NCBI GenBank assembly: GCA_041489155.1
Contig: JBGPQP010000002.1
Span: forward strand, 37,262 to 101,261
Length of the DNA stretch: 64,000 nt
DNA from: Candidatus Aenigmatarchaeota archaeon
GTDB taxonomy: Archaea > Aenigmatarchaeota > Aenigmatarchaeia > QMZP01 > QMZT01
Reading direction: 5' to 3'
A model generated the notes under the pieces. The model was not told the DNA's origin. It was given only the letters and a program-made list of their open reading frames with translations, and ran no database searches. Made by a program: the position numbers and the translations under genes. Shown here piece after piece: positions 35,072 to 44,845 of the stretch (position 1 is its first letter; each line of letters starts with the position of its first letter).

Positions 35072-36019
35072 TCATTCAAACTCTATTGTGCCTGGCGGCT
35101 TGTTGGTTATATCGTAAACCACGCGGTTCACTTTCTTTCCCAGGGAATTGGTTATTCTTACCGAAATTTTGTCCAGAATTTCGTGGGGAATTTTCGAATA
35201 GGATGCGCTCATGCCGTCGATGCTCTCGACAGAGCGCAAGGCAATCATGTAACCATAGTTCCTGACATCGCCGTGGACGCCTACGCTTTTCACCGGCAGC
35301 AGGACTGCGAAATACTGCCACGGTTTCGAAACCTTGTTCTCCGCGAACGCCTTCTGCATCTCCTCCTCCATTATCGCATTAGCTTCTCTCGCTATTTCGA
35401 CATTCTCCCTAGTGAGCTTGCCTACGACCCTCACAGCAAGGCCGGGCCCAGGGAACGGCTGGCGTTCATGGACTTCGATATTTAGGTATTTGGCAATCTT
35501 CCTGACCTCGTCCTTGTAGATATCGCGCAGCGGTTCTACGATTTCAAGCTCCATCTCTTCCGGTAGCCCGCCGACGTTGTGATGCGACTTTATCCTGTCC
35601 CTCGCTCCGCCTCCGGACTCTATCCAGTCCGGCGCTATAGTGCCCTGAATGAGATACTTGGCCTTTTCGCTTTCCGCTATGCGTTCGAAGATGCGTATGA
35701 ACTTCTCGCCGATTATCTTGCGCTTCGTTTCAGGTTCGGTCACGTCTTTTAGCGCGGCAAAGAACTCATCCTCGGCTTTCACGAAATGCAAGTTCAGGCC
35801 GATTTTCTCCAGCATGCGCTTCACGCTCTCCGTCTCGCCCTTGCGCATGAAGCCTGTGTCGACGAAGACCGCAACAAGGTTTTTTCCTATCGCCTCTTTA
35901 GCAAGCGCGGCCGCGACCGTCGAATCCACTCCGCCCGAGCAGGCGATTATAGCTTTCCCGTGCAAGCATTTCCTAAGGCGGTCTGTTTCCCTTTTCACGA
36001 ACTTCGCTGCATCGAACAT
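35072..36019 (-). CDS. guaAB: GMP synthase subunit B (ATP pyrophosphatase)
   Basis: AIIACSGGVDSTVAAAL (PP-loop SGGxDS), IKSHHNVGGLP, and a C-terminal dimerisation domain ending GTIEFE. Confidence 0.9.
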   Translation of the reverse strand: MFDAAKFVKRETDRLRKCLHGKAIIACSGGVDSTVAAALAKEAIGKNLVAVFVDTGFMRKGETESVKRMLEKIGLNLHFVKAEDEFFAALKDVTEPETKRKIIGEKFIRIFERIAESEKAKYLIQGTIAPDWIESGGGARDRIKSHHNVGGLPEEMELEIVEPLRDIYKDEVRKIAKYLNIEVHERQPFPGPGLAVRVVGKLTRENVEIAREANAIMEEEMQKAFAENKVSKPWQYFAVLLPVKSVGVHGDVRNYGYMIALRSVESIDGMSASYSKIPHEILDKISVRITNSLGKKVNRVVYDITNKPPGTIEFE

Positions 36020-36028
36020 GACATCACA

Positions 36029-36613
36029 TTACTTTTTGGCTTTTTTAAACTCCCTGCATATCTCGACAAAATTACTGAATATCTCGGTTCCGAACTGCGT
36101 ATCCTCCACTTCAGGATGGAACTGGAGGCCGAATAAAGGCTTTTTCTTGTGCTGAATCGCCTGCGTGCTGCAGCTCGGCGACGAAGCCACTATCTCGAAC
36201 TGCTCCGGAAGGTTTTTTATCTCGTCGTTGTGGGATTCCCAAACTATGAATTTTTTCGGCAGGCCGCTGAAAAGCGGCGAATTCCTGCGGATCTCAATCT
36301 GCATCTTGCCGAATTCAGGCGTTTCCGCAGGCCCGGCCGAGCCGCCGTAATGCATGGCCATGAACTGGTGGGCGAGGCACATGCCGAGTATGGGGAACTT
36401 CGCCTTGTCAAGATACTCACCCACGTTGCCGAGCTTGCTCGATTCCCACGCTATTCGCGCCGCGCCTCCTGAAAGGACGAGTCCGTCGAGATCCTTTATT
36501 TCCTCGAAGGGTGTGTCGTTCGGTATTATCTTCGTTTCCACGCCAATATCCCTAAGCACGCGCCACTCCCTGTGCGTCCACTGGCCGCCGTTGTCCACAA
36601 CGTAAATCTTCAT
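36029..36613 (-). CDS. guaAA: GMP synthase subunit A (class I glutamine amidotransferase)
   Basis: LGMCLAHQ (catalytic Cys) and GLQFHPEV (His/Glu). 194 aa, immediately upstream of subunit B. Confidence 0.9.
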   Translation of the reverse strand: MKIYVVDNGGQWTHREWRVLRDIGVETKIIPNDTPFEEIKDLDGLVLSGGAARIAWESSKLGNVGEYLDKAKFPILGMCLAHQFMAMHYGGSAGPAETPEFGKMQIEIRRNSPLFSGLPKKFIVWESHNDEIKNLPEQFEIVASSPSCSTQAIQHKKKPLFGLQFHPEVEDTQFGTEIFSNFVEICREFKKAKK

Positions 36614-36693
36614 GTTTCAAATTCGCTTTTGTTAAATAAATGTTTTAGCGCATTTCTGGTAAAGTTTTTAAATCTCTGCCTTGAAAGATTATT

Positions 36694-38298
36694 ATGCCGA
36701 AGAAAACCCAGTACATCGTTGTAACCGGCGGAGTGATATCCGGTCTTGGCAAGGGGATATTCACTGCTTCTCTAGGAAAACTGCTCCAGTCAAGGGGTTT
36801 CAAGGTCGTTCCCATCAAGATCGATCCTTACATGAACGTCGATGCAGGAACGATGAACCCGATAGAACACGGAGAGGTCTTCGTCCTCGATGACGGCAGC
36901 GAGGTCGACATGGATCTGGGAACATATGAACGCTTCCTCGACATCAACCTGAAAAGCGAAAACAACATAACGACCGGAAAAATCTACCAGAAAGTCATCG
37001 AAAAGGAAAGGGAAGGCAAATACCTCGGCAAGACTGTCCAGATAATACCGCACATAACAGACGAGATACAGAACTGGTTCAAAAAAGTCGCTGAGGATTA
37101 CAAAGCAGAAATAATCATGATAGAAATAGGCGGAACGGTAGGAGACATAGAGAACCTAGTCTTCCTCGAGGCATGCAGGCAGTTATCTTTGAAAGAGGAT
37201 GTGATATTCGTACACTGCACCCTTGTTCCGGTGATGAGCGTGGTGGGCGAGCAGAAAACGAAACCCACACAACAAAGCGTGCAGAAGCTCAGGGAGATAG
37301 GCATAATGCCTCACTTCCTTTTCTGCAGAGCCCATGAACAGATAAAACCAAAAATAAAGGAAAAACTTTCTCTCTTCTGCGGCCTGCCGGAGGAAAACGT
37401 CATATCAGGCCCTGACCTGGACAGCATATACAAGCTGCCACTAATCCTCGAGAAGCAGGGTGTGACAAAAAAGGTTCTTGAAAAACTGGGCCTTGTCCCC
37501 AAGAAAAAGGACATGAAAGATTGGGAGCAGGCAGTAAGGAACATGGTGAATGCAAAGAAGATCGTAAACATTGCCATCACTGGCAAATACACGGAGTTGC
37601 ACGATTCTTACGTCTCTATAATGGAGTCGCTTAAAGCTTCATGCGGAAAGCTTGGAGTGAAAATAAAGATAAAATGGATAGAAACGACTGACATTGAAAA
37701 CAAAAAAGTAAAGGTTGCTGATGCCCTGAAGAACATAGACGGTATAATAGTGCCTGGCGGTTTTGGCCCAAGAGGAACTGAAGGCAAGATAGAATGCATA
37801 CGCTATGCCAGAGAGAGGAAAATACCCTTCCTCGGCTTGTGTTATGGTTTCCAGCTGGCGACCATCGAGTTCTCAAGGAACGTGTGCGGCCTCAAAAACG
37901 CGAACTCTACGGAAATCGACCCGAATAGCCCCCATCCGGTAATTGATCTGCTGCCAGAGCAGAGAAAAATTTACAAAAAAGGCGGAACTATGCGCCTTGG
38001 AGGCCACGACGTGATAATCAGGAAGGGCACGCTGGCCAGCAGGGTTTACGGCTCGCTGAGCACGAGAGAAAGATTCCGCCACCGCTGGGAGTTCGTCCCA
38101 AAATACAGGGAAAAGGTTGAATGTAAGGGTTTTGTCTTTTCCGGCCATGACAAATCCGGCAATATAATGCAGATACTGGAACTAAACGGGCATCCTTTCT
38201 TCATGGCGTCGCAGTTCCATCCGGAATTCACAACGCGAGTTCTCAAACCGAATCCGCTGTTCCTGAACTTCATCAGGGCAGCATCCAAGAACGCTTAA
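36694..38298 (+). CDS. pyrG: CTP synthase
   Basis: [39 protein letters not shown] (GATase Cys), SQFHPEF. Confidence 0.95.
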   Translation: MPKKTQYIVVTGGVISGLGKGIFTASLGKLLQSRGFKVVPIKIDPYMNVDAGTMNPIEHGEVFVLDDGSEVDMDLGTYERFLDINLKSENNITTGKIYQKVIEKEREGKYLGKTVQIIPHITDEIQNWFKKVAEDYKAEIIMIEIGGTVGDIENLVFLEACRQLSLKEDVIFVHCTLVPVMSVVGEQKTKPTQQSVQKLREIGIMPHFLFCRAHEQIKPKIKEKLSLFCGLPEENVISGPDLDSIYKLPLILEKQGVTKKVLEKLGLVPKKKDMKDWEQAVRNMVNAKKIVNIAITGKYTELHDSYVSIMESLKASCGKLGVKIKIKWIETTDIENKKVKVADALKNIDGIIVPGGFGPRGTEGKIECIRYARERKIPFLGLCYGFQLATIEFSRNVCGLKNANSTEIDPNSPHPVIDLLPEQRKIYKKGGTMRLGGHDVIIRKGTLASRVYGSLSTRERFRHRWEFVPKYREKVECKGFVFSGHDKSGNIMQILELNGHPFFMASQFHPEFTTRVLKPNPLFLNFIRAASKNA

Positions 38299-38343
38299 AA
38301 TCATCGCATACAATATGAGGATATCTATCAAAAAGGTGGGATT

Positions 38344-39798
38344 TTGAAAAAAGACTGGTCCAAGAAGGAAGCTTGTGGTGTTTTTGGTATACGTGCCCTT
38401 GACGGCCGGGACGTATCGAAAATGATATTCAATGGCCTCATCACCCTCCAGCACAGAGGCCAGGAAGCAAGCGGCATATCGACTTTGAACGAGAACCATA
38501 TACACCTCAGGAAATCCCTTGGCCTAGTAAACGCTTCTTATTCAGAAAAAACTTTAGGCAATCTGAAAGGTTCGATGGGCATAGGCCACGTGAGGTATTC
38601 GACGGTCGGCTCTTCAACCATCACCGACGCCCAGCCCTTCAAAAGGGATTACCCGCGCAAAGGCCTGGTTGTGGCTCACAACGGAAACCTAGTCAATTAT
38701 ATCGACATGAGGAACATTCTCATGAAGGAAGGAAGGAACTTCGAATCAACGTGCGACGCTGAAATAATAGCCAATAAGTTAGCCGACGAACTCGTGAAGA
38801 CGAAGGACATCGAGAAATCGATTTACAATTACATGGAAGCAGCAGAGGGTTCGTATTCGGCTGGCATGTTCACCGGGGAAAGGGAGCTGATCGCCTTCCG
38901 CGATCCGAACGGCATAAGACCGTTCAGCTTCGGCGTCAACGACAAACTGGCGATATTCGCTTCTGAAAGCGTAGCGCTGAACATAAACGGCATTGACGAG
39001 ACGCATGACGTAAAGCCGGGGGAGATGGTATTGTTCGGCGAGGATGGGAAAATTGAAAGGAAAGTACTGATGAAAGGCGAGAGGAAACACTGTATGTTCG
39101 AGTACGTTTACTTTTCGAGGCCTGACAGCGTGATAGAGGGGAAATGGGTCTACGACGTCAGGATAGAGCTCGGCAGAAGCCTCGCAAAAACCTATTCATC
39201 CGAAGCCGACGTTATAGTTCCCATACCGGACACGTCGAGATCCGCCGCCGAAGGAATAGCAAGGGAGACAGGGATACATGTCGCCGAGGGGTTGATGAAG
39301 AACCGTTACATATACAGGACATTCATTATGCCAGAGCAGCGCACCAGAGCGCTTTCGGTGGACATGAAGCTCAACCCGGTGAAATCGGTTCTGAAGGACA
39401 AGCACGTACTTCTTGTTGACGATTCTATCGTGAGAGGCACGACCACGAGAAAAATAGCCGAAATGGTAAGGAAAGCCGGAGCGAAGAAGATAGACCTGTG
39501 GATAACATGCCCGCCCGTGGTTTCTCCATGCTTTTACGGCATTGACATAGCAACCCACAACGAGCTGATAGCCTTCAAACACAAGGTGGAGGAAATACAG
39601 AAGATTACCAATGTTGACAGGCTCTGTTACCAGACCATCGACGGCCTTGTTAAATCAATCGGCCTTGGAGAAAACATATGCAAGGCCTGCCTCACCGGCG
39701 AATATCCGACCTGCATGGCACAGAAGATCGCCGACAGGATGAAGACGCAGAAAAATCTAGAACAGAAAAGATACTACGAGATAGCGCACAAATGCTGA
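38344..39798 (+). CDS. purF: amidophosphoribosyltransferase
   Basis: Propeptide then CGVFGI (Ntn Cys), LQHRGQEASGI, PRTase loop VLLVDDSIVRGTT, C-terminal Fe-S cysteines CKACLTGEYP. Confidence 0.9.
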   Translation: MKKDWSKKEACGVFGIRALDGRDVSKMIFNGLITLQHRGQEASGISTLNENHIHLRKSLGLVNASYSEKTLGNLKGSMGIGHVRYSTVGSSTITDAQPFKRDYPRKGLVVAHNGNLVNYIDMRNILMKEGRNFESTCDAEIIANKLADELVKTKDIEKSIYNYMEAAEGSYSAGMFTGERELIAFRDPNGIRPFSFGVNDKLAIFASESVALNINGIDETHDVKPGEMVLFGEDGKIERKVLMKGERKHCMFEYVYFSRPDSVIEGKWVYDVRIELGRSLAKTYSSEADVIVPIPDTSRSAAEGIARETGIHVAEGLMKNRYIYRTFIMPEQRTRALSVDMKLNPVKSVLKDKHVLLVDDSIVRGTTTRKIAEMVRKAGAKKIDLWITCPPVVSPCFYGIDIATHNELIAFKHKVEEIQKITNVDRLCYQTIDGLVKSIGLGENICKACLTGEYPTCMAQKIADRMKTQKNLEQKRYYEIAHKC

Positions 39799-39799
39799 T

Positions 39800-40477
39800 C
39801 TACTTGTTTGCTTCTTTTTCATACTCCTGGTTAAGCAAATCCCATATCTTCTTTGCCTTTATCTTGCCTATGCCGTCGACCTTCATTAATCTCTCAGGCT
39901 TCGCTGAGAAAACGCTTTTTGGCGTCCTGAATTTCTTGAGCAGATTTTTGCTGAGTTTCGTGTTTATGTCCGGCAATCCCGCTATCAGGAATTCCTGCTG
40001 GCCGCGGACGCTTTTCTTTTTGGCGGGGCAGCGGATGGCGACGCTTCTCTTGCCTCCGATTTGCTCCCTGTAAGCGATCCAGTAAAGCTGTTGCGCCGTC
40101 TCTTTCGCGCTCCTCGTCCAGATTATGGGGATGCGGTAATCTATCGCGATCGACGCGAGTGCCCCGCGGATCGCGTTGGGATGGACGTTCCTCTCCATAA
40201 ACAGCAGGTCAGGGTCCCCCTCTATGATCAGCACAGGCCTCTCGAAGCATTCCTGCATTTTGGAAACCTGCTCGAAAATCCTGCGGTCCAGCAGCGACTG
40301 GACGAAATCGGCGACGGTCTTCCTCTCGACAGCGACCCTGTCCGAACAGATGTAGTCGCCAGTCTTCAGCTGCTCGCGCACGAGTTCGGAATCCGTGTCC
40401 TTGAGGTGCATGAAAACGTGGTTCTTCGCTTCCCTGTGGTCCACAACTATTTTAACTTTTGCCTGCATTTCTGCCAT
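39800..40477 (-). CDS. xpf: short-form XPF/ERCC4-type structure-specific nuclease with HhH2
   Basis: VVDHRE...GDYICSDRVAVERKTVADFVQSL (ERCC4 GDxnERKx3D) and a C-terminal IAGLPDIN...VDGIGKIKAKKI helix-hairpin-helix pair. 225 aa, no helicase domain. Confidence 0.8.
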   Translation of the reverse strand: MAEMQAKVKIVVDHREAKNHVFMHLKDTDSELVREQLKTGDYICSDRVAVERKTVADFVQSLLDRRIFEQVSKMQECFERPVLIIEGDPDLLFMERNVHPNAIRGALASIAIDYRIPIIWTRSAKETAQQLYWIAYREQIGGKRSVAIRCPAKKKSVRGQQEFLIAGLPDINTKLSKNLLKKFRTPKSVFSAKPERLMKVDGIGKIKAKKIWDLLNQEYEKEANK

Positions 40478-40583
40478 AGAGAATTATTGTGACGCGAATG
40501 TTTTTATTTTAAAAGGTCACCGGAAGCGAACTGACCGCAACATTTGCTCAACTTTTTATACGGGCGGACCGGAATTATATAAT

Positions 40584-41192
40584 ATGAACGCGAAGAAAGC
40601 GGAAACAGGGAAGAAGGGTGCAATAGAACTGAGCCTTGGGTTCATAGTGATGATCGTTTTCGCGGTCGTGCTTCTCAGCCTTGCAATAGTATGGCTCAGG
40701 GGCATGATGGAAAACATTACAGGACTGACAGATACCCAGATATCCAGCGCCAATGCAGAACTTGACGAGGTCTTCCAGAGGCAGCTTACGTTTTTCGCCC
40801 TTTCGAAGAATCTTATAAACAATCCTCCGGCGCAGAGGAGCAAAGCCTACCCGATAAGTGTTGGCTTCAAAAACAATCTCGACACCAGCAAGCTCGATGC
40901 AGATGGCTATGCCTATTTCGCGGTTGACGTCGAAGCCGTCGGAGGCCCTGACGACACCAAGCTTAGCGTCTACCAGGAATGGATAAAGTGCAGCCCCAAA
41001 AGCATATGGGTCCAGAAAGGCGATACGATAGGCAGGATAATGTGCTCCTTTGTTGCAGATGCATCAGCAGATGCCGGAACTTACTCATATCTCTTCTCCG
41101 GCTGCACGGCAACCACTGAAATAACCGACGGCTGCACTGGCAAGGAGAAATTCGGCGGTACGCAGCTGACCTTGCAGGTTGTCGTAAAGTAG
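40584..41192 (+). CDS. pilin-like protein with class III signal peptide
   Basis: MNAKKAETGKKG|AIELSLGFIVMIVFAVVLLSLAIVWL. Start set at the ATG at 40584 (the upstream part of the track ORF overlaps xpf antisense). Confidence 0.55.
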   Translation: MNAKKAETGKKGAIELSLGFIVMIVFAVVLLSLAIVWLRGMMENITGLTDTQISSANAELDEVFQRQLTFFALSKNLINNPPAQRSKAYPISVGFKNNLDTSKLDADGYAYFAVDVEAVGGPDDTKLSVYQEWIKCSPKSIWVQKGDTIGRIMCSFVADASADAGTYSYLFSGCTATTEITDGCTGKEKFGGTQLTLQVVVK

Positions 41193-41300
41193 GATGCCTG
41201 AAGCGTCAAGAAACCCCTTTTATTTTTAGTATTTTCTATACTAATGTTTTTTCAATCTTTATTTGATTGCTTTTTATTTGAGCCATGACATGATTTTAAT

Positions 41301-41765
41301 ATGGATGTCGGCTTGATTTTCGGGATAATATTTGCGTCCATTTTAATAGGCTTTCTGATGTTTTTTGGCATTAAATATATCGGAGAGATGCAGGATATGA
41401 GCTGCCGCTCGCAGCTGGGGCAGCAGATAGATAGCCTGAAAACCAGCACGAAGTACGTACTCAGCCTTTCTATGGGGTCTTCGCAGAGCTTTACTTTCAT
41501 GGTCCCTGGCTGCGCAAAAAAAGTGTGCTTCGTCAACGCAGATTCTCCGGAGGAGAACAAGGAACTCGACTGGGACCCGCAAACCGTCGAGAGGATGCTG
41601 GTGGTAAACGAGAAGTACAATGTTCTCATTTATAATCCCGACGGTTCCATCAGTGGTCACAAATTGGATAAGCTGAGGCCACTGGTTAATTTCTGCATCA
41701 GAAAGACCGAGGACATCAGGCTGAAAAATATCGGAACCCTAGTTGAACTGTCGCCGCCGGCTTAG
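41301..41765 (+). CDS. N-terminally anchored secreted protein (pilin-cluster member)
   Basis: MDVGLIFGIIFASILIGFLMFFGI N-terminal hydrophobic helix and a Cys-containing globular body. Confidence 0.45.
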   Translation: MDVGLIFGIIFASILIGFLMFFGIKYIGEMQDMSCRSQLGQQIDSLKTSTKYVLSLSMGSSQSFTFMVPGCAKKVCFVNADSPEENKELDWDPQTVERMLVVNEKYNVLIYNPDGSISGHKLDKLRPLVNFCIRKTEDIRLKNIGTLVELSPPA

Positions 41766-41781
41766 CTGCAAAGGTACGAGT

Positions 41782-42855
41782 ATGTTAAACGTATTCGATA
41801 TTTTCAAGATAATTCTCGGGATAATAATTTCCATCTTCGTCCTCTTCATACTGCTGAGATTTGCGGGTTCTTACATGCAGATAGGCGAATCCAGCAGGCA
41901 GGTCTCGATAATGGTCAATTTCAAAAAAACCCTGGAAAACGTATACACGACAGGAGTATCGGACGATTTCGAGTTCGCGGGCACCGAAGTGATAACGAAT
42001 TACGCGCCGCCATTCCTGATGACAACCTTTTCATCGTCAGTCGACATGGAGCCAATACCGCTTTTGCTCGTGCTAGGCAAAAAGCTTTCCGTATACAGGA
42101 ACGAGTATGATGTAGGCTGGTGGAAGTTCTATTTCATAGAAGCTCTGCCCGACACGAAAATTCTATTTGTCCCGAAAGGCGATGCGGACAAGACCATACC
42201 AGTCATCAGAAGCGTAGCGCTTATGCTGCCTTCAACCGAAAATACTGCAACAAAGACGAATTTTTACGTAGGATGCGATGACGATGCGACAGGCCACTAT
42301 GACATGAGGGAAAGGTACAAGTTTCTGGAAGAAAAGATTTACCTGTTAATGACCAAAATGGAATCCGGTTACGAGCCAGCCCTGTGCGATGAGGAATATT
42401 TCAAGGAAAAAAACTACAGCGTAATAACGATATCAGAAAAGATGGAGGAAGTCGACTTTCTTGTAAAGCCTGTTGAAAACGGGATGGGCTACGTTTACAT
42501 AAAGAGCAAGGATGGATACGAGGAATATGTTTACAAAAACGGGTTTGACGTTGTCGCCCTGCTTCTTGGAGGGAAGGGCATGTATGAATACGCGAATGAG
42601 AAGTTTTTCAGGGAGATGGACGTCGCTATCAGCCTTTCAATAAACGAAGCAGGGATACTGATGTCGAATCCTAGTACGAACAAAAGATGCGGAAACCAGC
42701 TTAACGAATTCATATCCGTACTGAGTTCGATAAAGGAAAACACGCCGAAAATAAGAAGCCAGAACCCGAAACAGGAAGACGTGGCTGAGTTCATTTCGCT
42801 GATGGACCAGTCGGCAGAAAAATACAGGGAACTGGACAGTTTGGGGTGCGGATGA
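41782..42855 (+). CDS. N-terminally anchored secreted protein (pilin-cluster member, 357 aa)
   Basis: MLNVFDIFKIILGIIISIFVLFILLRF anchor. Start set at the ATG at 41782. Confidence 0.45.
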   Translation: MLNVFDIFKIILGIIISIFVLFILLRFAGSYMQIGESSRQVSIMVNFKKTLENVYTTGVSDDFEFAGTEVITNYAPPFLMTTFSSSVDMEPIPLLLVLGKKLSVYRNEYDVGWWKFYFIEALPDTKILFVPKGDADKTIPVIRSVALMLPSTENTATKTNFYVGCDDDATGHYDMRERYKFLEEKIYLLMTKMESGYEPALCDEEYFKEKNYSVITISEKMEEVDFLVKPVENGMGYVYIKSKDGYEEYVYKNGFDVVALLLGGKGMYEYANEKFFREMDVAISLSINEAGILMSNPSTNKRCGNQLNEFISVLSSIKENTPKIRSQNPKQEDVAEFISLMDQSAEKYRELDSLGCG

Positions 42856-43346
42856 TGAAAGGGCAGGCTCACTTGATGGAATACGTGCTGCTAAGCTTTT
42901 TCGTACTCCTTGTAATAGTCATGTTCACATTTTTGCTTACAGGATGGCAGATGAGCACGATAGGCTCCGAAAGGGAAAGGTTGAAATATTCAAAGGCCGA
43001 GTTTCTGTTCCGTGCCTTCACCAACTCGCCGTACATAAACAAGAACACATACAAAGAGGGTTCAATGTTTGAGGATTCCAAACTGACGGCCATAACTTGC
43101 GAGGAACTACAGCAGCTTTACGGAACCGGATGGTATGCTGAAGTCGAGTGGATAGAGCCGGTGGACACGTATCTGGAATTCAAGGACATCACCTGTACAC
43201 TGGACACGTATCCAGAATGCGGCAAATGGAGCTATTGCAAAACAGAAGGCGATGCGAGGATTTACGAACTCCCGATAAACATACACAGGAAGACAACAGG
43301 GAAGATAGGCATGGGCATGCTAAGGGTGGGCCTTTACGAAAGCTGA
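42852..43346 (+). CDS. pilin-like protein, DUF361/EppA-type signal (Q+1)
   Basis: MMKG|QAHLMEYVLLSFFVLLVIVMFTF parallels the KKG|QSAMEYL of the 20.1-kb pilin. ATGA overlap with the upstream gene. Confidence 0.55.
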   Translation: MMKGQAHLMEYVLLSFFVLLVIVMFTFLLTGWQMSTIGSERERLKYSKAEFLFRAFTNSPYINKNTYKEGSMFEDSKLTAITCEELQQLYGTGWYAEVEWIEPVDTYLEFKDITCTLDTYPECGKWSYCKTEGDARIYELPINIHRKTTGKIGMGMLRVGLYES

Positions 43347-43353
43347 GAGGCGT

Positions 43354-43845
43354 ATGATGGGAAAGAAAATCTCCGGTCAGACGAGCATGATACTCATAGT
43401 ACTGGTAATAGTGATATTCATAGCGCTGAGCATATTTTTGCTGATATCCTCCCTCAAACCAGTCCACGACGATTATTACAACCTTTATGCCCATAACCTT
43501 CTGCTGTCGGTCCTCAGGTGGGACACTGGTTTGGGCGGAGACTGCGATACCATATCCTCGACGATATCCTGCGCCTACATGACGCCTTACACAAGATGCG
43601 GCATAACTGACTGCAGGACCCTTGCTCAGGAAGTTGTGCCTCAGGTTGTAGCCAGCATTGTAAAAACGACTTTCGATTACTGCATTATAGTCGAACCGGA
43701 AAACAAGACCTCGTATGAAGAGACGATGATCTACGGTCCGAGGTGTGATGTGGCGCAGTCGAAATCAACGAGATGGACGGCGAACGAGAAAATCCTGCAG
43801 TACGAGGCGAACATCGACATAAAGATGATAATAGCAGAGAGCTAA
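43354..43845 (+). CDS. pilin-like protein with class III-type signal
   Basis: MMGKKISG|QTSMILIVLVIVIFIALSIFLL; Cys-rich body. Confidence 0.5.
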   Translation: MMGKKISGQTSMILIVLVIVIFIALSIFLLISSLKPVHDDYYNLYAHNLLLSVLRWDTGLGGDCDTISSTISCAYMTPYTRCGITDCRTLAQEVVPQVVASIVKTTFDYCIIVEPENKTSYEETMIYGPRCDVAQSKSTRWTANEKILQYEANIDIKMIIAES

Positions 43846-43907
43846 AATAATGCTTATTGGGCTCAATGCACGGATAAAAAACTTCTGAATAATCTTTATT
43901 TGTTAAC

Positions 43908-44816
43908 ATGAAAAAATATGTACCGGACCTGGTTACACGCTCTGATGCAGCTAAATATTTAGATATCTCAGGGGAGCAGGTAGACAAATATCTAAGGCCG
44001 GTAATGCGGGATGGAAAGCCCCATAAGAAGGGAAGAGAGTTCGCATATTTTAGAGTCGATTTGATACAAGCAAAAATTGAAAAGGACAAAGCCGAAAAAA
44101 GAGCTAGAATGACGACACTTGGGCCGGAAAATCTTGATCCATCTGAGAAAGAGAAACTGGATGGAAGCTCATTAATTTATGAGGCATGGTGTGCCTTGGG
44201 CGACAGAATAGGTGAACTTTCCGAACCTCAGAGAAAGATAATAGAAGGGATATTGGGTAAAAATGAGACATACACTGGGGATAAAATTATAAAAAGCATT
44301 TCTTATGGCTGGTCAACGAAGATCAAGCTCAAACCTAGCATCATATCAAAATACGTCGACCCTTCGGTGCTTGAAAGAGAAGGTGTGATAGAAACCGGTT
44401 ATAATGAGAAAGTATGGATGGAGGGTGGGCGGGAAATCATCAGAGATCAGCTGTATGCCGTGCTCCAGAAATTTGAAAAAATATGCAAAAGAGGGAAAGT
44501 GGATGTTACTACAATGAACCAAAAGGCTTTCAATGGATTTGTAACTGATTTTTCAAAAAAATATGGCGTTGAAATACCTCCAAGCATTTTGAAGAGAATG
44601 CTGACTGATTATAAAAACCAGAATCTAACAGACGACAAACTAGGAAATTACGCAAGAAATCTTTTCACAAGAACCGTATCTAAAAAACTTAAAACCAGAA
44701 ATCTTAGGATAACCATGGCTGACAAGCAGCTCATAGAGCAGATAGCTCGAGGTAGGGCAGAAAAATTGGATTTCCCAGAGTTACAGCACGTTTTAAACTT
44801 GCTGCTTGGCGAGTGA
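43908..44816 (+). CDS. hypothetical protein with N-terminal excisionase/MerR-like HTH
   Basis: LVTRSDAAKYLDISGEQVDKYL resembles a helix-turn-helix. The rest is unrecognised. The gene is more AT-rich than its neighbours. Confidence 0.45.
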   Translation: MKKYVPDLVTRSDAAKYLDISGEQVDKYLRPVMRDGKPHKKGREFAYFRVDLIQAKIEKDKAEKRARMTTLGPENLDPSEKEKLDGSSLIYEAWCALGDRIGELSEPQRKIIEGILGKNETYTGDKIIKSISYGWSTKIKLKPSIISKYVDPSVLEREGVIETGYNEKVWMEGGREIIRDQLYAVLQKFEKICKRGKVDVTTMNQKAFNGFVTDFSKKYGVEIPPSILKRMLTDYKNQNLTDDKLGNYARNLFTRTVSKKLKTRNLRITMADKQLIEQIARGRAEKLDFPELQHVLNLLLGE

Positions 44817-44845
44817 TTTTTAAACCAAAGCCGTTATTTCTCATT

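Noticed and set aside
40395-40583. Upstream 63 codons of the track ORF 40395-41192
   Set aside because: This part overlaps the xpf gene antisense and its promoter region. The internal ATG at 40584 gives a canonical basic leader plus hydrophobic helix, so the shorter gene model was used.
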